Shown here one piece after another: positions 37,603-51,062 of a DNA stretch of 64,000 nucleotides. A model generated the notes under the pieces. It saw only the letters and a list, made by a program, of their open reading frames with translations, was not told the origin of the DNA and made no database searches. The stretch lies in the NCBI RefSeq assembly GCF_006345805.1, contig NC_043021.1, positions 14,012,001 to 14,076,000 on the forward strand. The letters run 5' to 3'. Source of the DNA: Octopus sinensis. Its lineage: Eukaryota. A program made the translations under genes and the position numbers. Numbering within the stretch: the first letter of the stretch is position 1; each line of letters starts with the position of its first letter.

Positions 37603-37983
37603 GCGATTTTTTTCCTCTGTCTTCCCTTCTCTGGATCTTTCCTTCTCCTATGTTTCCGACGAAGAGCTCCGCTCGAAACGTTAAACCCTCCTTCTTTCCT
37701 GAGCGTCCAATAATACTATATTTGTTCCACGTCCTCGCGTTGTTGTGTTTTTTTTGTGCTTTCTTGTTTGGAAACATGTGATCTCTTCAGCACCACCAGC
37801 AAAAAAAATTTTTTCCTCTGTCTTCCCTTCTCGGGATCTTTCCTTCTCCTTTGTTTCCGACGAAGAGCTCCGTTCGAAACGTTAAACCCTCCTTCCCTTC
37901 TTTCCTGAGCGTCCAATAATACTATATTTGTTCCACGTCCTCGTATTATTGTGTTTTTTTTGTGCTTTCTTGTTTGGATTAAC

Positions 37984-37985
<2 letters not shown>
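37600..37985 (+). mobile_element. Tandem dimer of a 201-bp unit, each with a minimal hammerhead-like motif (37652-37686, 37853-37887)
   Basis: GTTT-CCGACGA-A-GAGC-TCC-G(C/T)TC-GAAAC-GTT^AAAC occurs twice; TA-flanked; related to the 29.9-kb element. Confidence 0.65.
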
Positions 37986-38027
<42 letters not shown>

Positions 38028-38222
38028 TGTATGTTGAATGCTCGAAATGAGGAGTAGACGGACAGCCGACAACTGATGAAGGGTCCTTTCTCTCTGTTTA
38101 CTTGTCCTGTTTTCCATTCTTTTCTCGTTCTTTACGTATTTAACTCATCTGTTTACGTGTGACGTCCTGTACCCATATATGCATGTGTATATAAATACAC
38201 ATACTATATTTTATTAATTATC

Positions 38223-38265
<43 letters not shown>

Positions 38266-38339
38266 ACGTTTTTCACAGGTGAAAAAGATAAATCCGGAGA
38301 AGAAGCACACTCTAAGATGCAGTGTAGTTAATATTATAT

Positions 38340-38448
38340 TGGGGGAGGCCGGTTTATGGGGTTACCCTGGGTTTCCAGTCCATATGCCGTAAGGCCAAGC
38401 CCTTTGTGGACGGGAAACCCAGGGTGACCCTATAACTGGCCTCCCCCA
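38340..38448 (+). repeat. GC-rich ~110-nt hairpin in a TA-flanked element
   Basis: Arms 38340-38382 and 38407-38448. Confidence 0.8.
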
Positions 38449-38465
38449 CTATAATATATATATAT

Positions 38466-38497
<32 letters not shown>

Positions 38498-38670
38498 ATA
38501 TAGACACACGCACATACACAATGTATGCCAAACATCGATGAGAAAACTATAAAACAGGTACTTCTTGGAAATGCAGTGGTACCAGTGATTCACCTGTTGG
38601 GAACTGGTAACCAACGACGCTATAGTTCACCTACTGCATTAGAAAATAAATTAAAAATCCGTCCATCTTT

Positions 38671-38756
<86 letters not shown>

Positions 38757-38870
38757 ACAGCCATGCTTGCATCCATGTGTGCGTGTGCATACATACAATT
38801 AACATGAAAGAACTTTGTTCGAAATTGGATCTGTTCTTCATTAGAAAGTAGGAAAAATATAACCGAGTGA

Positions 38871-38902
<32 letters not shown>

Positions 38903-40042
38903 AGCTATCCTAACATACACGCAAAACTACACCTGAACACATACACACACATGTTCCAAGTCCAACAAGCAATCCTGACATTCACGCAAACGTACACTTA
39001 TAAACATATGCATATATATATACATACATACATACATACATACGTATGTATGTATGTATGTATGTATGTATGTATGCATGTATGTGTGCATGTATGTGTG
39101 CATGTATGTGTGCATGTATGTGTGCATGTATGTGTGTGTGTATGTGTGTGTGCATGTATGTGTGCATGTATGTGTGTGTGCATGTATGTGTGCATGTATG
39201 TGTGTATGTATGTATGTATGTATGTATGTATGTATGTATGTATGCATGCATGCATGCATGCATACAATACAAAGTCCATCCCATATATACATGTATAATT
39301 ATTTGCATGTCCATTATTCAATTTTATTTCAAAATTTCCTACCAACAGAGAAAGAGCCGGTTTCTAACCTAGATCCAAGGCCCATTCATTGGAATTTCAA
39401 CACCAACAAGGAATGTATGTATGTATGTATGTATGTGTGTGTGTATGTATGTATGTATGTATGTCATAGTTCAGTTTTATGTCAAGATTTCTTGCCATTA
39501 GAGAAAAAGCCGGTTTCTAACCTAGATTCAAAGCTCATTCATTGGAATTTCGACATCAACAACAGGGTATTTTTATGTGTGTGTATGTAGGTATGTGTGT
39601 ATGTATGTATGTATGTGTGCACATTTGTATGTTTTGCTTTGTGTGTTCTCCTGTGCAGATTTGTGTGTGTTTGTATGAATGTATGTATGTATGTATGTAT
39701 GTATGTACGTTTGTATGTATAACACTTCAGTAATTGATTCTAAATTTGTGTCTCTTGAAACAAAGATATACACAAAATTACATGCGCGTATGACATGCAT
39801 AAGCAAGTATAGTACTAAATTTGACATACACAACTAAATGACTGAAAGTTTAACCACACACACACACACACAAATTCATTGAAACATTAGCTAATTACAG
39901 GAATTGTCTCTTCACTTCGTTCGCGGCCGCTTGATTTCTGCGAATTAACAACTTATATAAAATTCTCAAAGAAAAACATCCACCCACACACACATACGCA
40001 TGCATTGTACATGCTTCCATACATAAATACATCATACATAGT

Positions 40043-40077
<35 letters not shown>

Positions 40078-40302
40078 GCGTGTGTTTATGTATACACACA
40101 CACACACGTGTGCATTGCTAAATTAACATATACGCCAACCACATGACTGCGAGTTTATTTACATATGCACATTCACACATGTATATTATACAAACACATT
40201 CACTCACATATATACATTCATACCCGTAATTACTCATCCATGCTATAAACACACACAGAGGCACACCCGTACACACATACATCCATTCACATTTATCCAT
40301 CC

Positions 40303-40319
<17 letters not shown>

Positions 40320-40335
<16 letters not shown>

Positions 40336-40392
40336 ACGCTATGCCCTTAATTAGAATCATATACATATGTATATTATTATTAATTAAATTAT

Positions 40393-40438
<46 letters not shown>

Positions 40439-40655
40439 GCTATGCCCTTAATTAGAATCATATACATATGTATATTATTATTAATTTAATTATATATATA
40501 TATTATATATATACACACACACACACACACTCACACATAATATATATATATATATATACGCTATGCCCTTAATTAGAATCATATACATATGTATATTATT
40601 ATTAATTTAATTATATATATATATATTATATATATACACACACACACACTCACAC

Positions 40656-40704
<49 letters not shown>

Positions 40705-40949
40705 ATATATATATATATATACGCTATGCCCTTAATTAGAATCATATACATATGTATATTATTATTATTTAATTATATATATATATATTATATATATACA
40801 CACACACACACACTCACACATAATATATATATATATATATACGCTATGCCCTTAATTAGAATCATATACATATGTATATTATTATTAATTTAATTATATA
40901 TATATATTTATATATATACACACACACACACACTCACACATAATATATA

Positions 40950-41001
<52 letters not shown>

Positions 41002-41060
41002 CGCTATGCCCTTAATTAGAATCATATACATATGTATATTATTATTAATTTAATTATATA

Positions 41061-41091
<31 letters not shown>

Positions 41092-41200
41092 TTGTAAAAA
41101 ATATATATATATATACACACACACACACTCACACATAATATATAGATATATATATATACACACACACACACACTCACACATAATATATAGATATATAAAT
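40320..41200. repeat. AT-rich VNTR, six units of ~100-160 bp
   Basis: acgctatgcccttaattagaatcatatacatatg recurs at ~40336, 40437, 40558, 40721, 40841 and 41001. Confidence 0.9.
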
Positions 41201-41220
41201 TTATACACGCGCGCACATAC

Positions 41221-41350
41221 CTGAATGAAGATTGTGTCAGAGATGCCGGCAAGCAGTTGCGAAAAGAAAGAAGGAAGAAAAACAGACAACTCGCTCCTTT
41301 CAAGACAATCGAAGCAACTCACAGCAGCAGCAGCTTCTGCAGCAGCAGTA
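41221..41350 (-). promoter_or_regulatory. Candidate GGT 5'UTR exon (end defined by a splice donor)
   Basis: Strong donor CAG|GTATGT at 41221/41220 in an island of unique, GC/CpG-richer sequence; coding exon 1 needs an upstream exon. The exon start is unknown. Confidence 0.35.
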
Positions 41351-41499
41351 GTAAAGGATACTGTTGTTGTTGTTGTTGTTATTGTTTAATCTTCGGCCAA
41401 AAGCCGATCCAACAGATTTGACCATTCAAAATTCTCTTATTTCTTCTTTTAGGCATGTAGTGTTTAATGCCTCCGTCTAAATTGTCTCACCCACGTGTT

Positions 41500-41519
41500 T
41501 GAGACACCTAAAAGCATGC

Positions 41520-41551
<32 letters not shown>

Positions 41552-42045
41552 AAATAGTGGTTGTGGTGGTGGTGGTGGTGGTAGTGGTGATTGTGGTAGT
41601 AGCAGACGTAGTATTGCTGGTGGAGGTGGTGGTGGTGGTAGTAGTACAATAGTAGTAGTAGTAGAAATAGTGGTTGTGGTGGTGGTGGTGGTAGTGGTGA
41701 TTGTGGTAGTAGCAGACGTAGTATTGCTGGTGGAGGTGGTGGTGGTGGTAGTAGTACAATAGTAGTAGTAGTAGAAATAGTGGTTGTGGTGGTGGTGATT
41801 GTGGTAGTAGCAGACGTAGTATTGCTAGTGGAGGTGGTGGTGGTGGTGATGGTAGTAGTACAACCGCCAACACCACCAGCCGTGTTAGCGGCAGCAATAT
41901 CAGTATTGGTGGTGGTGGTGGTGACGTTGATGGTAGTGGCGGTAGTAGTAGAATTTGTAGTACCATCATCAACAGCAGTAACAACTGTGGTGGTAGTGGT
42001 GGTGGTGGTGGTGGTGGTAGTAGTAGCTGTAGTGGTGTGATGATA
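41500..42045. repeat. (GTA/GTG)n trinucleotide array with ~110-bp higher-order repeats
   Basis: gaaatagtggttgtggtgg..gcagacgtagtattgct occurs three times. Confidence 0.9.
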
Positions 42046-42387
42046 GTATGTAGTTGGGGGTGGTGCGATGAGAAGGGGAAGACTACAGAGATAACAAAGT
42101 GAGTCCTAATTGAGTTGTACTTTTCTTTCTTTTTTTTCTTTGGGGCAACCACCTCCACCATCATCACCAGCCAATGTGTTGGGGGCAGGGATGTTTTACA
42201 GCAGAGGTTCTCAAACTTTTGGGGCCACCCCCACCTCATGGCCACATAATACCCTCAGCACCTCCACCCCTGTTATTATGTATAAGTAAATATTTGATAT
42301 TATACATATGTAAATATATATATGTACATATACACATATATATATATACTATGAATCATTTGATATTTAACATGATATATTATTTGT

Positions 42388-42790
42388 TGGCTGTGTGGTA
42401 AGTAGCTTGTTTACCAACCACATGGTTCCGGGTTCAGTCCCACTGCATGGCACCTTGGGCAAGTGTCCTCTACTATAGCCTCGGGCCGACCAAAGCCTTG
42501 TGAGTGGATTTGGTAGACGGAAACTGAAAGAAGCCCGTTGTATATATGTATATATATATATATGTGCGTGTATGTTTGTGTGTGTGTGTTTGTCCCCCTA
42601 GCATTGCTTGACAACCGATGCTGGTGTGTTTATGTCCCCGTCACTTAGCGGTTCGGCAAAAGAGACCAATAGAATAAGTAGTGGGCTTACAAAGAATAAA
42701 CCCCGGGGTCGAGTTGCTCGATTAAAGGCGGTGCTCCAGCATGGACGCAGTCAAAATGACTGAAACAAGTAAAAGAGTAAAAGAGTAAAA
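42388..42790 (+). mobile_element. SINE family A
   Basis: Full-length copy. Confidence 0.85.
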
Positions 42791-43024
42791 AATAATAATA
42801 TAATAATATAAATTCATAGCGTCCCCCCCCATTCACTGCCTTCCTCTCAACGCCTCCTTTTTCTTTACACCCCCCCCACCTCCCCCTTAGGCACCAGTGC
42901 CCACCTGGGCCATCTTAGTGCCCACTTTGAGAACCTATGTACTACAGAGTAATCCGACCTGCTAGAAATAGCAACTATCAAATCTTCAAACTGCACCCCA
43001 ACACTGTTATTGATGTAAGAACCA

Positions 43025-43059
<35 letters not shown>

Positions 43060-43140
43060 TATATCGTCAGCATTGCATTTATCCGAAAAAGAAACACACT
43101 CTAAAACATTAGAACAGTAATGTAATTTTTAAGGAAGTTA

Positions 43141-43268
43141 AAAGTTGTGGTCAGTCGTGGGATGACCATTGGTTTTGCTACAGCTATTTTAGTCTGATGA
43201 GTTGCCTAAACTGCTAAGCGCTTTATAGGTGCGAAACCAATGGTCTCTTTGTGACTGGCCGTAACTTT
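43141..43268 (+). ncRNA. Hairpin element containing a hammerhead motif (43191-43248)
   Basis: CTGATGA-GTTGCCTA..TAGGTGC-GAAAC-CAATG-GTC^TCT; the first pair of stem I is mismatched. Confidence 0.55.
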
Positions 43269-43277
43269 TCCCTTCCT

Positions 43278-43321
<44 letters not shown>

Positions 43322-43324
<3 letters not shown>

Positions 43325-43563
43325 TCTTTTATTCTTTCACTTGTTTCGGTCATTTGACTGTGGCTGTACTGGAGCACTGCCTTAAAGGGGTTTTTTAGTT
43401 GAATAAATCGACCCCAGGACTTATCCATTGTAGGCCTAGTACTTATTCTGTTGGTCTCTTGCTGGGGACGTAAATACACCAACATCAGTTGTCAAGCAAT
43501 ATTGGGGGGGGGGACAAACACAGACACACAAACGTATACACACACACACACACATATACATAC

Positions 43564-43610
<47 letters not shown>

Positions 43611-43619
43611 TATATATAT

Positions 43620-43653
<34 letters not shown>

Positions 43654-43680
43654 ACATACATATATATATACACACACACA

Positions 43681-43733
<53 letters not shown>

Positions 43734-43900
43734 GTATGATGGGCTTCTTTCAGTTTCCATCTACCAAATCCACTCACAAGGCTTTGGTCAGCCTGAGGCT
43801 ATAGTAGAAGACACTTGCCCAAGGTGCCACGCAGTGGGACTGAATCCGGAACCATTTGGTTGGCAAGCAAGCTACTAACCACACAGCCACTCCTACACCT
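43322..43900 (-). mobile_element. SINE family A with an expanded internal TA/CA tract
   Basis: Reverse-complement copy. Confidence 0.8.
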
Positions 43901-45004
43901 ACATGTTAGTAATTTTCTTGTATTATTATTTCTTTTTCTTTTTTTTTTTTGATAGCTTCTTTTCACAACTTTTGAAACATTTTGGTTCCCCCTTTATATG
44001 GAAATAACTTGAAAAAAAATTTTTCCCTAGACCATTGCTAGATCACTGTGGCCCAATACCTTAGACATTCTGGTATTGTTCCTCAGTGGTAGGTTGAAAC
44101 ACCATTTCTGGTGATTCAGCATTGTTCTGAGACAAGCTCTGCACTTTTAACACTCAAGTTTCTTTGAGACAAAACATTTTTGCTAGTGCTGTCCCATGCC
44201 TGTATACAAGGAAGTGAGAGAGTTTTCAATTCAATATGAAGATTATGGAAGAGAGAGAGAGAGAAGATAAGAGAGATGGGAGAGGAGGAGAGAGAGACAG
44301 GGAGGGAGAAAAGAAAAAGAGAAGAAAGGGTGAGTGAATGAGAGAGAAGGTGACATGTTTTGAGTTTTAACAGTTTAGTTGGAATTGCTTTACTAGATTA
44401 AATAGAAACTAGAGAATGTAAATTGACAATGGCTCATTCCAAACATAAAATGAGACAAATATATTTGCCAAGCTCCATGGGAAGAACTATTAAAATCGTT
44501 TAAACTACTACTACTACTACTAATAATAATAATAATAATAATAATCCTTTCTACTATAGACACAAGGCCTGGAATTTTTAGGGAGAGGGATAGTCGATTA
44601 CATCGACCACCCCCACAGTGTGTAACTGGTACGTATTTCATTGACCCCAAAAGGATGAAAGACAAAGTCGACTTTGGTGGAACTTGAACCCAGGATGTAA
44701 AGACAGATGAAATGCTGCTGAGCATTTTTGCCCAGTATGCTAACAATTCTGCTAGTTCACTGCCTTAAATAATGATAATAATAATAATAATAATCCTTTC
44801 TACTATAGGCACAAGGCCTGAAACTTGGGGGAGGGGGATAGTTGATTATATTGACCCTAGTGTTTCACTGGTATTTAATTTATCAACCCTGGAAAGATGA
44901 AAGGCAATGTCGACCTTGGCAGAATTTGAACTGCCACTATGCATTTTGCCTAGTGTGGTAACAATTCTGCTAGCTCACCACCTTAGATGATGATAATAAT
45001 AATG

Positions 45005-45770
45005 GTGAGGGTTGGCAATGAGTTTAGTGAAGAATTCAGGGTACAAGGATCAGTCCTCACCCCATTCTTGTTCATCATAGTCCTCCAGGTGATAACAGTG
45101 GAATTCAAGACAGGCTGCCCCTGGGAGCTCCTCTATGCTGACGACCTTGCTCATTTAGCTGAATCACTACCAGAACTAGAGAAGTTTCAGGTGTGGAAGC
45201 AAGGTATAGAATCAAAGGGCCTTAGAGTTAACCTAGCAAATACCAAAGTAGGAAGGAGGACAAATTACAAATCCCTTCAAGTAGAAGGCCCTGCTTGATG
45301 TGTAGAAAAGGTGTATGTAGAAACTCAATAAGATCTAACCGGTGTAAGCTATGGACATAAGAGATGCAGCAATATCAGAGGAAGGTTAACAGGGAAGATA
45401 GTTTTTGTGCATAGGTACAATAAACACCAAAAATTTACAGAAAATAGATTCCATCACATACCAGGGGCGAAAACTAGAAGTAGTCAATAGCTTCTATTAT
45501 CTAGGTGACCAAGTTAAAAGCAGGGTGGATTGCTCTGAGAGCATAGCTGCTAGAATAAGAATAGGCTGGGCAAAGTTCAGAGAGCTCCTATCTCTGCTGG
45601 TAACAAAGGGCTTCTTGCTCAGAGTGAAAGGCAGGCTGTATGGTGCCTGTGTGCGAACAGCCATGCTACAAGGCAGTGAAACATGGGCTGTGACAGCTGA
45701 GGACATGCATATGCTTGTTAGAAATGAAGCCAGTATGCTTCGCCGATTGCGTAATGTCAGGTGGTACTGG
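45005..45770 (+). mobile_element. RTE-clade LINE RT fragment
   Basis: QGSVLTPFLFIIVL..CPWELLYADDL..GLRVNLANTK; LEVVNSFYYLGD..RIRIGWAKFREL; frameshifted. Confidence 0.9.
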
Positions 45771-46399
45771 CAACAACTGTGCTCAAATGAATGATAATGA
45801 TGATAATAATTATAATAATAATCGGAGCATTAGGTTTGCTTACAAAATCATCATCATCGTTTAACATCGGTTTTCCGTGCTAGCACGGGTTATGAAAAGA
45901 AAAACCAATAGCAATTGGAGCATGTGTTATGATTAAGAAAAAATATGGATAAAAGAAAATATGGATAAAGGATAGTAATTAGAGCATTAGATATGATTTA
46001 AAACAATATAAAAGGAAACATGAAAGCCATTTTCAGGCTCACATCACTAAACTTTGTCCTCAAAATACTGTATTTGCCAGCACATTGGACGCACTCTCAC
46101 ATAAGATACGCCCCTATTTTACCAGGATATTTTGCAGAAAAGAACAATTTTAGTAGGTTTCATTATAAATCTATTGAAGGATATTTTAAAGTGGTTTTGT
46201 AGGGAAAATTGTATGATTCTGTTCATGAAATACAATATTGTGACAGTATACTGGAATAAAGTATGAGGCCTTATGTAGCTTTTCACTCACCTTTAAAGGA
46301 AACCAAGTCAAGTTTGCCTTAGTAAAAAAGAAATATACATTGGTATCAATGAATTCTAATACAAACCCATCAACAAAGTACCATAAATGTGATGAATTC

Positions 46400-46990
46400 C
46401 TATAGATACTTAGTTCTCACTGTTGCCATCCTTATTACCGGTACTCTCTTCATCACTGGAATTCTCTGCAATAGGATCTGAGTCATCAGTATCTTCTTCA
46501 AACAAGAAATCATCCTCAGTACCGTCAAGAGCATAACTAATGCCACATTTTAAAAATGATTTCACAGCTACCTCTTCGTTTACAGCATTCCATGAATTTT
46601 TACCCACCCACACAATAGTAGGACTCTTCCATCTTCCTGTTTGTGTCACTTCAAAATCTGAAGACTGCATCCACTTGCTCCACTCCGCCTGTGTGAATCT
46701 TTTAAATGGTTTATTGATTGAAAATATCTAAAGGCTGCAACTAGCTGGTTAGACCTCCTGGAATTACAGCTAATTGGGTCTTCAGTTCTCCAAGTTTCCT
46801 CTTCACAAGCTCAGTTCTATGAGCCCGAAACTAATAAGGCAGGTTTCTTCAATAGCCCAGTAGGATGCCTGGACGACACTTTATCAAACCACAATTTCAT
46901 TCCTTCTTCATCCAGCCAACCTTTTGGGTGGACATGAACATAAATGCATTGTGTATCCTTCCTTGAGGGAGTATCTTTCTTTTAAAATTA
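46400..46990 (-). mobile_element. pogo/Tigger-like DDE transposase fragment
   Basis: GWLDEEGMKLWFDKV..LAVIPGGLTSQLQPLD..NKPFK..SFLKCGISYALDGTEDD, broken by frameshifts. Confidence 0.75.
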
Positions 46991-47334
46991 AAAAAGGTGG
47001 TAGTTTTGTGAAATCAGCACACTGACAATTCTGTCAGCTCACCACATTAATAATAATAATGATGATAATAATAATAATAATCATAATAATGGTTTGAAAT
47101 TTTGCCACAAGGGCAACCATTTTGGGGGAGGGGATAATTCTATTACATCAACCCCAGTGTTTCACTGGCACTTAATTTATCAACCCTGAAAGGATGAAAG
47201 GCAAAGTTGACCTCAGTAGAATTTGAACTGAGAATGTAGCAACAGGCGAAATATTGCTAACCTTTTTGCCCAGCATGCTAACGATTCTGCCAGCTTGCCA
47301 CCTTAATAATAACAATTATAATATTAATGATAAT

Positions 47335-47780
47335 AAGACAACGTGTTAGAGCACCAAAGGCCGGATATAGTAACCTTTAGGAGGGACAGTCAAGAGTGCC
47401 AGGAGATCAATATATCATCATGAAAGAAAGAAAAAGTTGATAAATATGGAGACCCAAGAATTGAGTCACTAAGATGTGGCAGCTACAAGAGTCAGACATA
47501 AAGGTTATCCCAATTGTTGTTGGAGCATTGGGTTCAGTATCACCCAATCTACAAAAACATCTGAAAACCTTAGAGATACTTTACAATCTAGATGTATTGC
47601 AAATGTTGGCATTACTTGGAACTGCACGCATATTGCATAAAGTACTGTCTGTCTGAGGTCCTTGTTGTGACTTGACGAACAGTACAAACCCCCTGTAGAC
47701 ACAACATCTTCAGTCAACAACCTCACGATATTGTATACTTTGCAACATCTATAATAATAATAATGATAATAATAATCCAC
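47335..47780 (+). mobile_element. R4/Dong/NeSL-type non-LTR 3' fragment (RLE endonuclease) in a (TAA)n context
   Basis: HQRPDIV..MWQLQESDIKVIPIVVGALGSV..ALLGTARILHKVL*; TAA-rich on both sides. Confidence 0.7.
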
Positions 47781-48542
47781 TTACTGACAGTTTATCTAAT
47801 CTAAAGTATTTCACTGGTGAAAAATAAACGGTCATGTTAAATGAAAGTACATGTGTGTTGATATTAGATAATTATTTAATTGAAGATAGTGTACAAAATA
47901 ACAAAGATTTGGGTGCTGGGTCATACGGATGGTATGGGGGAAACAAAAATGTAAATGAATTAGCAAAAACTAAAAAAAAACCCAGAAAGAAAAACATTTG
48001 AGTGTAAAAAGATATAACTGATATAGTAAAATAGAGCATTGTCTTGAGGCTTATGAAGGACTCTTGGAGCTGGTTACACAGTTTCCTTGGCATATAAATG
48101 ACCGAGAACACAACCTTCTCCTCAAAAAGGATGCCAGACCATCACAAGATTACTCATTTACAGAAGAGTGGACTGGGGCAATAGGAAATGGAGTGTTTTG
48201 CTGAAGAACACAGCGTGGGAATCGAAACCATGACATTGCAATTTTATGTGCAACCCCCAAGCCACTAAGCCACGCACCTTCACACAACTGATGTAGATAA
48301 TATTCCTAATTTATCTGAAGCAAAATCATTTATGGAAAGAAGAGTAGTAAAAACAATATTCATTAAAATCAACAGTTGAACTATCAAACTTTAATCCTCA
48401 ATCAGATTTATCATAAGAAAACTTATCAGTTATTGAATGATACAAATAAGTAATGACTTTCTTGGCCCCATACTGGTTGATATTCCTCTATAAATTATAA
48501 ACTATAACAAACAGATCTGATTGTGTTGACCTTTATGTTCAT

Positions 48543-48900
48543 GTAGCAGGCCTGGATGTGTGGTTAAGGAGCTGATTTTGCAACCATATAGTTTTGGGTT
48601 CAGACCCACTCTGTAGCACCTTGAGCAAGTGTTTTTTACTATCGTCTTGGGTCAATTCATGCCTGTGAGTGAACTTGGTAGAGGGAAGCTGTGTGGAATC
48701 CAATTGTGTGTGTGTGTGTGTGTGTATTTGTGTTTGTCCCCCATTGCTGCTTGACAACCAATGTCGATTTGTTTATGTCCATATAACTTTGTAGTTTGGC
48801 AAAAGAGACTGATAGAGTAAATACCAGACTTGAAAAAAAAAAAAAGAAAAGAACAAGTATTGGAATTGACTTGTTCAACTAGACCCTTCAAAGCAATGCT
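48543..48900 (+). mobile_element. SINE family A, diverged
   Basis: Recognisable head, body and tail. Confidence 0.65.
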
Positions 48901-48949
48901 CCTTCATGGCCACGTTCCAATAACTAAAAAAATATAAAGAGGTAAAGAA

Positions 48950-49225
48950 CCCCTTCGGTCATGAATAACCTTGGGATTGCACCTAGGGATTTTCCCCTCC
49001 AAGGCACAAGTCCAGCCAAGGTTATTTATGGAAGACCAGCAGTAACCCATGCATACCAGCCTCCTCTTCACTCCACCAATGTTATACAAGGGAAAGGCAA
49101 AGGCCAATACAGCTTGGCACTAGTGACGCCGCAACTCATTTCTACAGCTGAGTGAACTGGAACAACGTGAAATAAAGTGTCTTGCTCAAGAACACAACAC
49201 ACAGCCTGGTCCGGGAATGAAACTC
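48950..49225. mobile_element. SINE with a conserved central domain (other copies near 7500, 48050, 59360, 59820)
   Basis: Shared core acagctgagtg(g/a)actgga..gaaataaagtgtcttgctcaag(g/a)acacaa. Confidence 0.55.
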
Positions 49226-50589
49226 ATTACCTCTACTCTATGTTTGCTGTCAATAAATACTATAGGGCCCAATATATTGATTTGTCTGGGGGTCTTCATA
49301 GGTGTAGGGGCCCAATTCTGATCTTTGTATTCTGTGCCTTCCTGTAATAAATAAACATTATAGCACCCAATGTACTGATTTGCCTGGGAGCCTTATGGGT
49401 ATAGGGGGCCCAATTCCAATCTATATATGCTGTAGCTGGCTGTCAATAAATAAAAACTATAGGGCCCAGTGCAGTGATTTACTCCTGGGGCCTATAATGT
49501 TGCTGCATGTCATTATTTTAGTTTGTTTTGATTAATATGGACAATTAAATTTAATTTAATTTAATAAAATAAACAGATTTTATTATTACTTTCCTTCTTG
49601 TTTTTCTTTTCCACAGTGGAATGAGGCCAAGCTGGGGCACTGCCTTAAGGGGTTTTAGTCAAACAGAGCTAACAAGGTGCCACTCAGTGGGACTGAACCT
49701 GAAACCATGTGGTTGCAAAACAAGCTTCTTAACCACACATCCACGCCTGCCCTTAACCTTATGTCTGTGCACATATCCAGGTCTGTGAGCGGGTGTCTGT
49801 GCATTTGTCTGTCTGTCTGTCTGTCTGTTTGAGTGTTATAACTAGATTTCGTTTTCGTTTACAATTGTATAGGGTGAGAAATTTGATACTAAATATTTGG
49901 GTTGAAATAGTTGGGTGGGAAATGGGTATGTGTACCATTGTAGTCAAATGTGAAAAAAAAAAAACATAATAAGAGGGCAAAATATATTCTTGAATTTTAG
50001 ATACGAAAAAATGTGATGGTGGAGGGTAGTGGTGGCAGTAATGGTGGTGATGGTAGTTGAGATGGTGGTGGTGGTGGTGATGGTAGTGGTGGTGGTATTT
50101 GGGATGGTTTTGATGGCAACGGTTGTAGTCACTGTATATATATTTGAGAATGCATTGTACTACAGTAAATGAGTAAATACTGCTATGTTTCCAACCAGCA
50201 GCTGTTTTTTTCTTTTTAATTGCAGTTTGTTGTTGGTCGACAATTTCATTTTTAATGAGTTTCTCAAACTTATCTCATGTGTGTAAATTTATGTACAAAT
50301 ATCTCTGTGTGACTGCATGACCATGTTTTATTCATATATCTTGTATACTATACATATGTAAATTCATTATTTGAGCTTTCAGTAATGGTATTTTCCAAAG
50401 CCTTTTTAAGTTTAACATTATTTATTCTGTACATATGTTGGCACAAGTTAGAAGAGGTTGTATTTGACACCTTTACATTATGTCTGTCAAATAATGAAAT
50501 TTACATTCAATCCTCTCATGACTGTCAACCAACAACAGTTAACCACAGAAAATGGTAGCCCTGAAGCATCCAGAACAAATGATATATCA

Positions 50590-51062
50590 AACAATAACCA
50601 AAGTCCTAATAAGTAGGAAGGTAGACAAGTCACAAACACCTTCAGGTAGATGGCCCTGCTCGATCTGTAGAAAAGGCGTAGGTAGAAACTCTATAAGATG
50701 CACCAAGTGTAAGCTATGGACACATAAGAGGTGCAGCAACATCAAGGGAAGGCTAACTGGGAAGATAGTTTTTGTATGTGGCAGATGCTCAGGAGCAATA
50801 AACACTGAAAATGTGCAGAGACCAACTTCCGCCACATTCCAGGGAAAAAAACTAGAAATAGTTGATAGCTTCCTTTACCTAGGTGACCAAGTTTGTAGCG
50901 GGGGTGGATGTGTTGAAAGTGTAACTACTAGAGTAAGAATAGCCTGGGCAAAGTTCAGAGAGCTCTTACCTCTGCTAGGGACAAAAGGCCTCTCGCTCAG
51001 AGTAAAAGGCAGACTGTACGACGCATGTGTACGAACAGCTATGCTACATGGCAGTGAAACCT
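50590..51062 (+). mobile_element. RTE-clade LINE fragment
   Basis: WPCSICRKGVGRNSIRCTKCKLWTHKRCS..LEIVDSFLYLGD..AWAKFRELLPLL..KGRLYDACVRTAMLHGSET; same family as the 45-kb fragment. Confidence 0.9.

Noticed and set aside
38041-38095. CTGATGAAGGG with an upstream ctcgaaat
   Set aside because: No downstream GAAA or stem III; no complete fold.
40320-41200. CRISPR-like repeat-spacer appearance
   Set aside because: Eukaryotic context and the spacers are TA/CA microsatellite; this is a VNTR.
41499-42245. Long poly-Val/Thr/Pro ORFs
   Set aside because: Products of the trinucleotide array; no domain or splice support.
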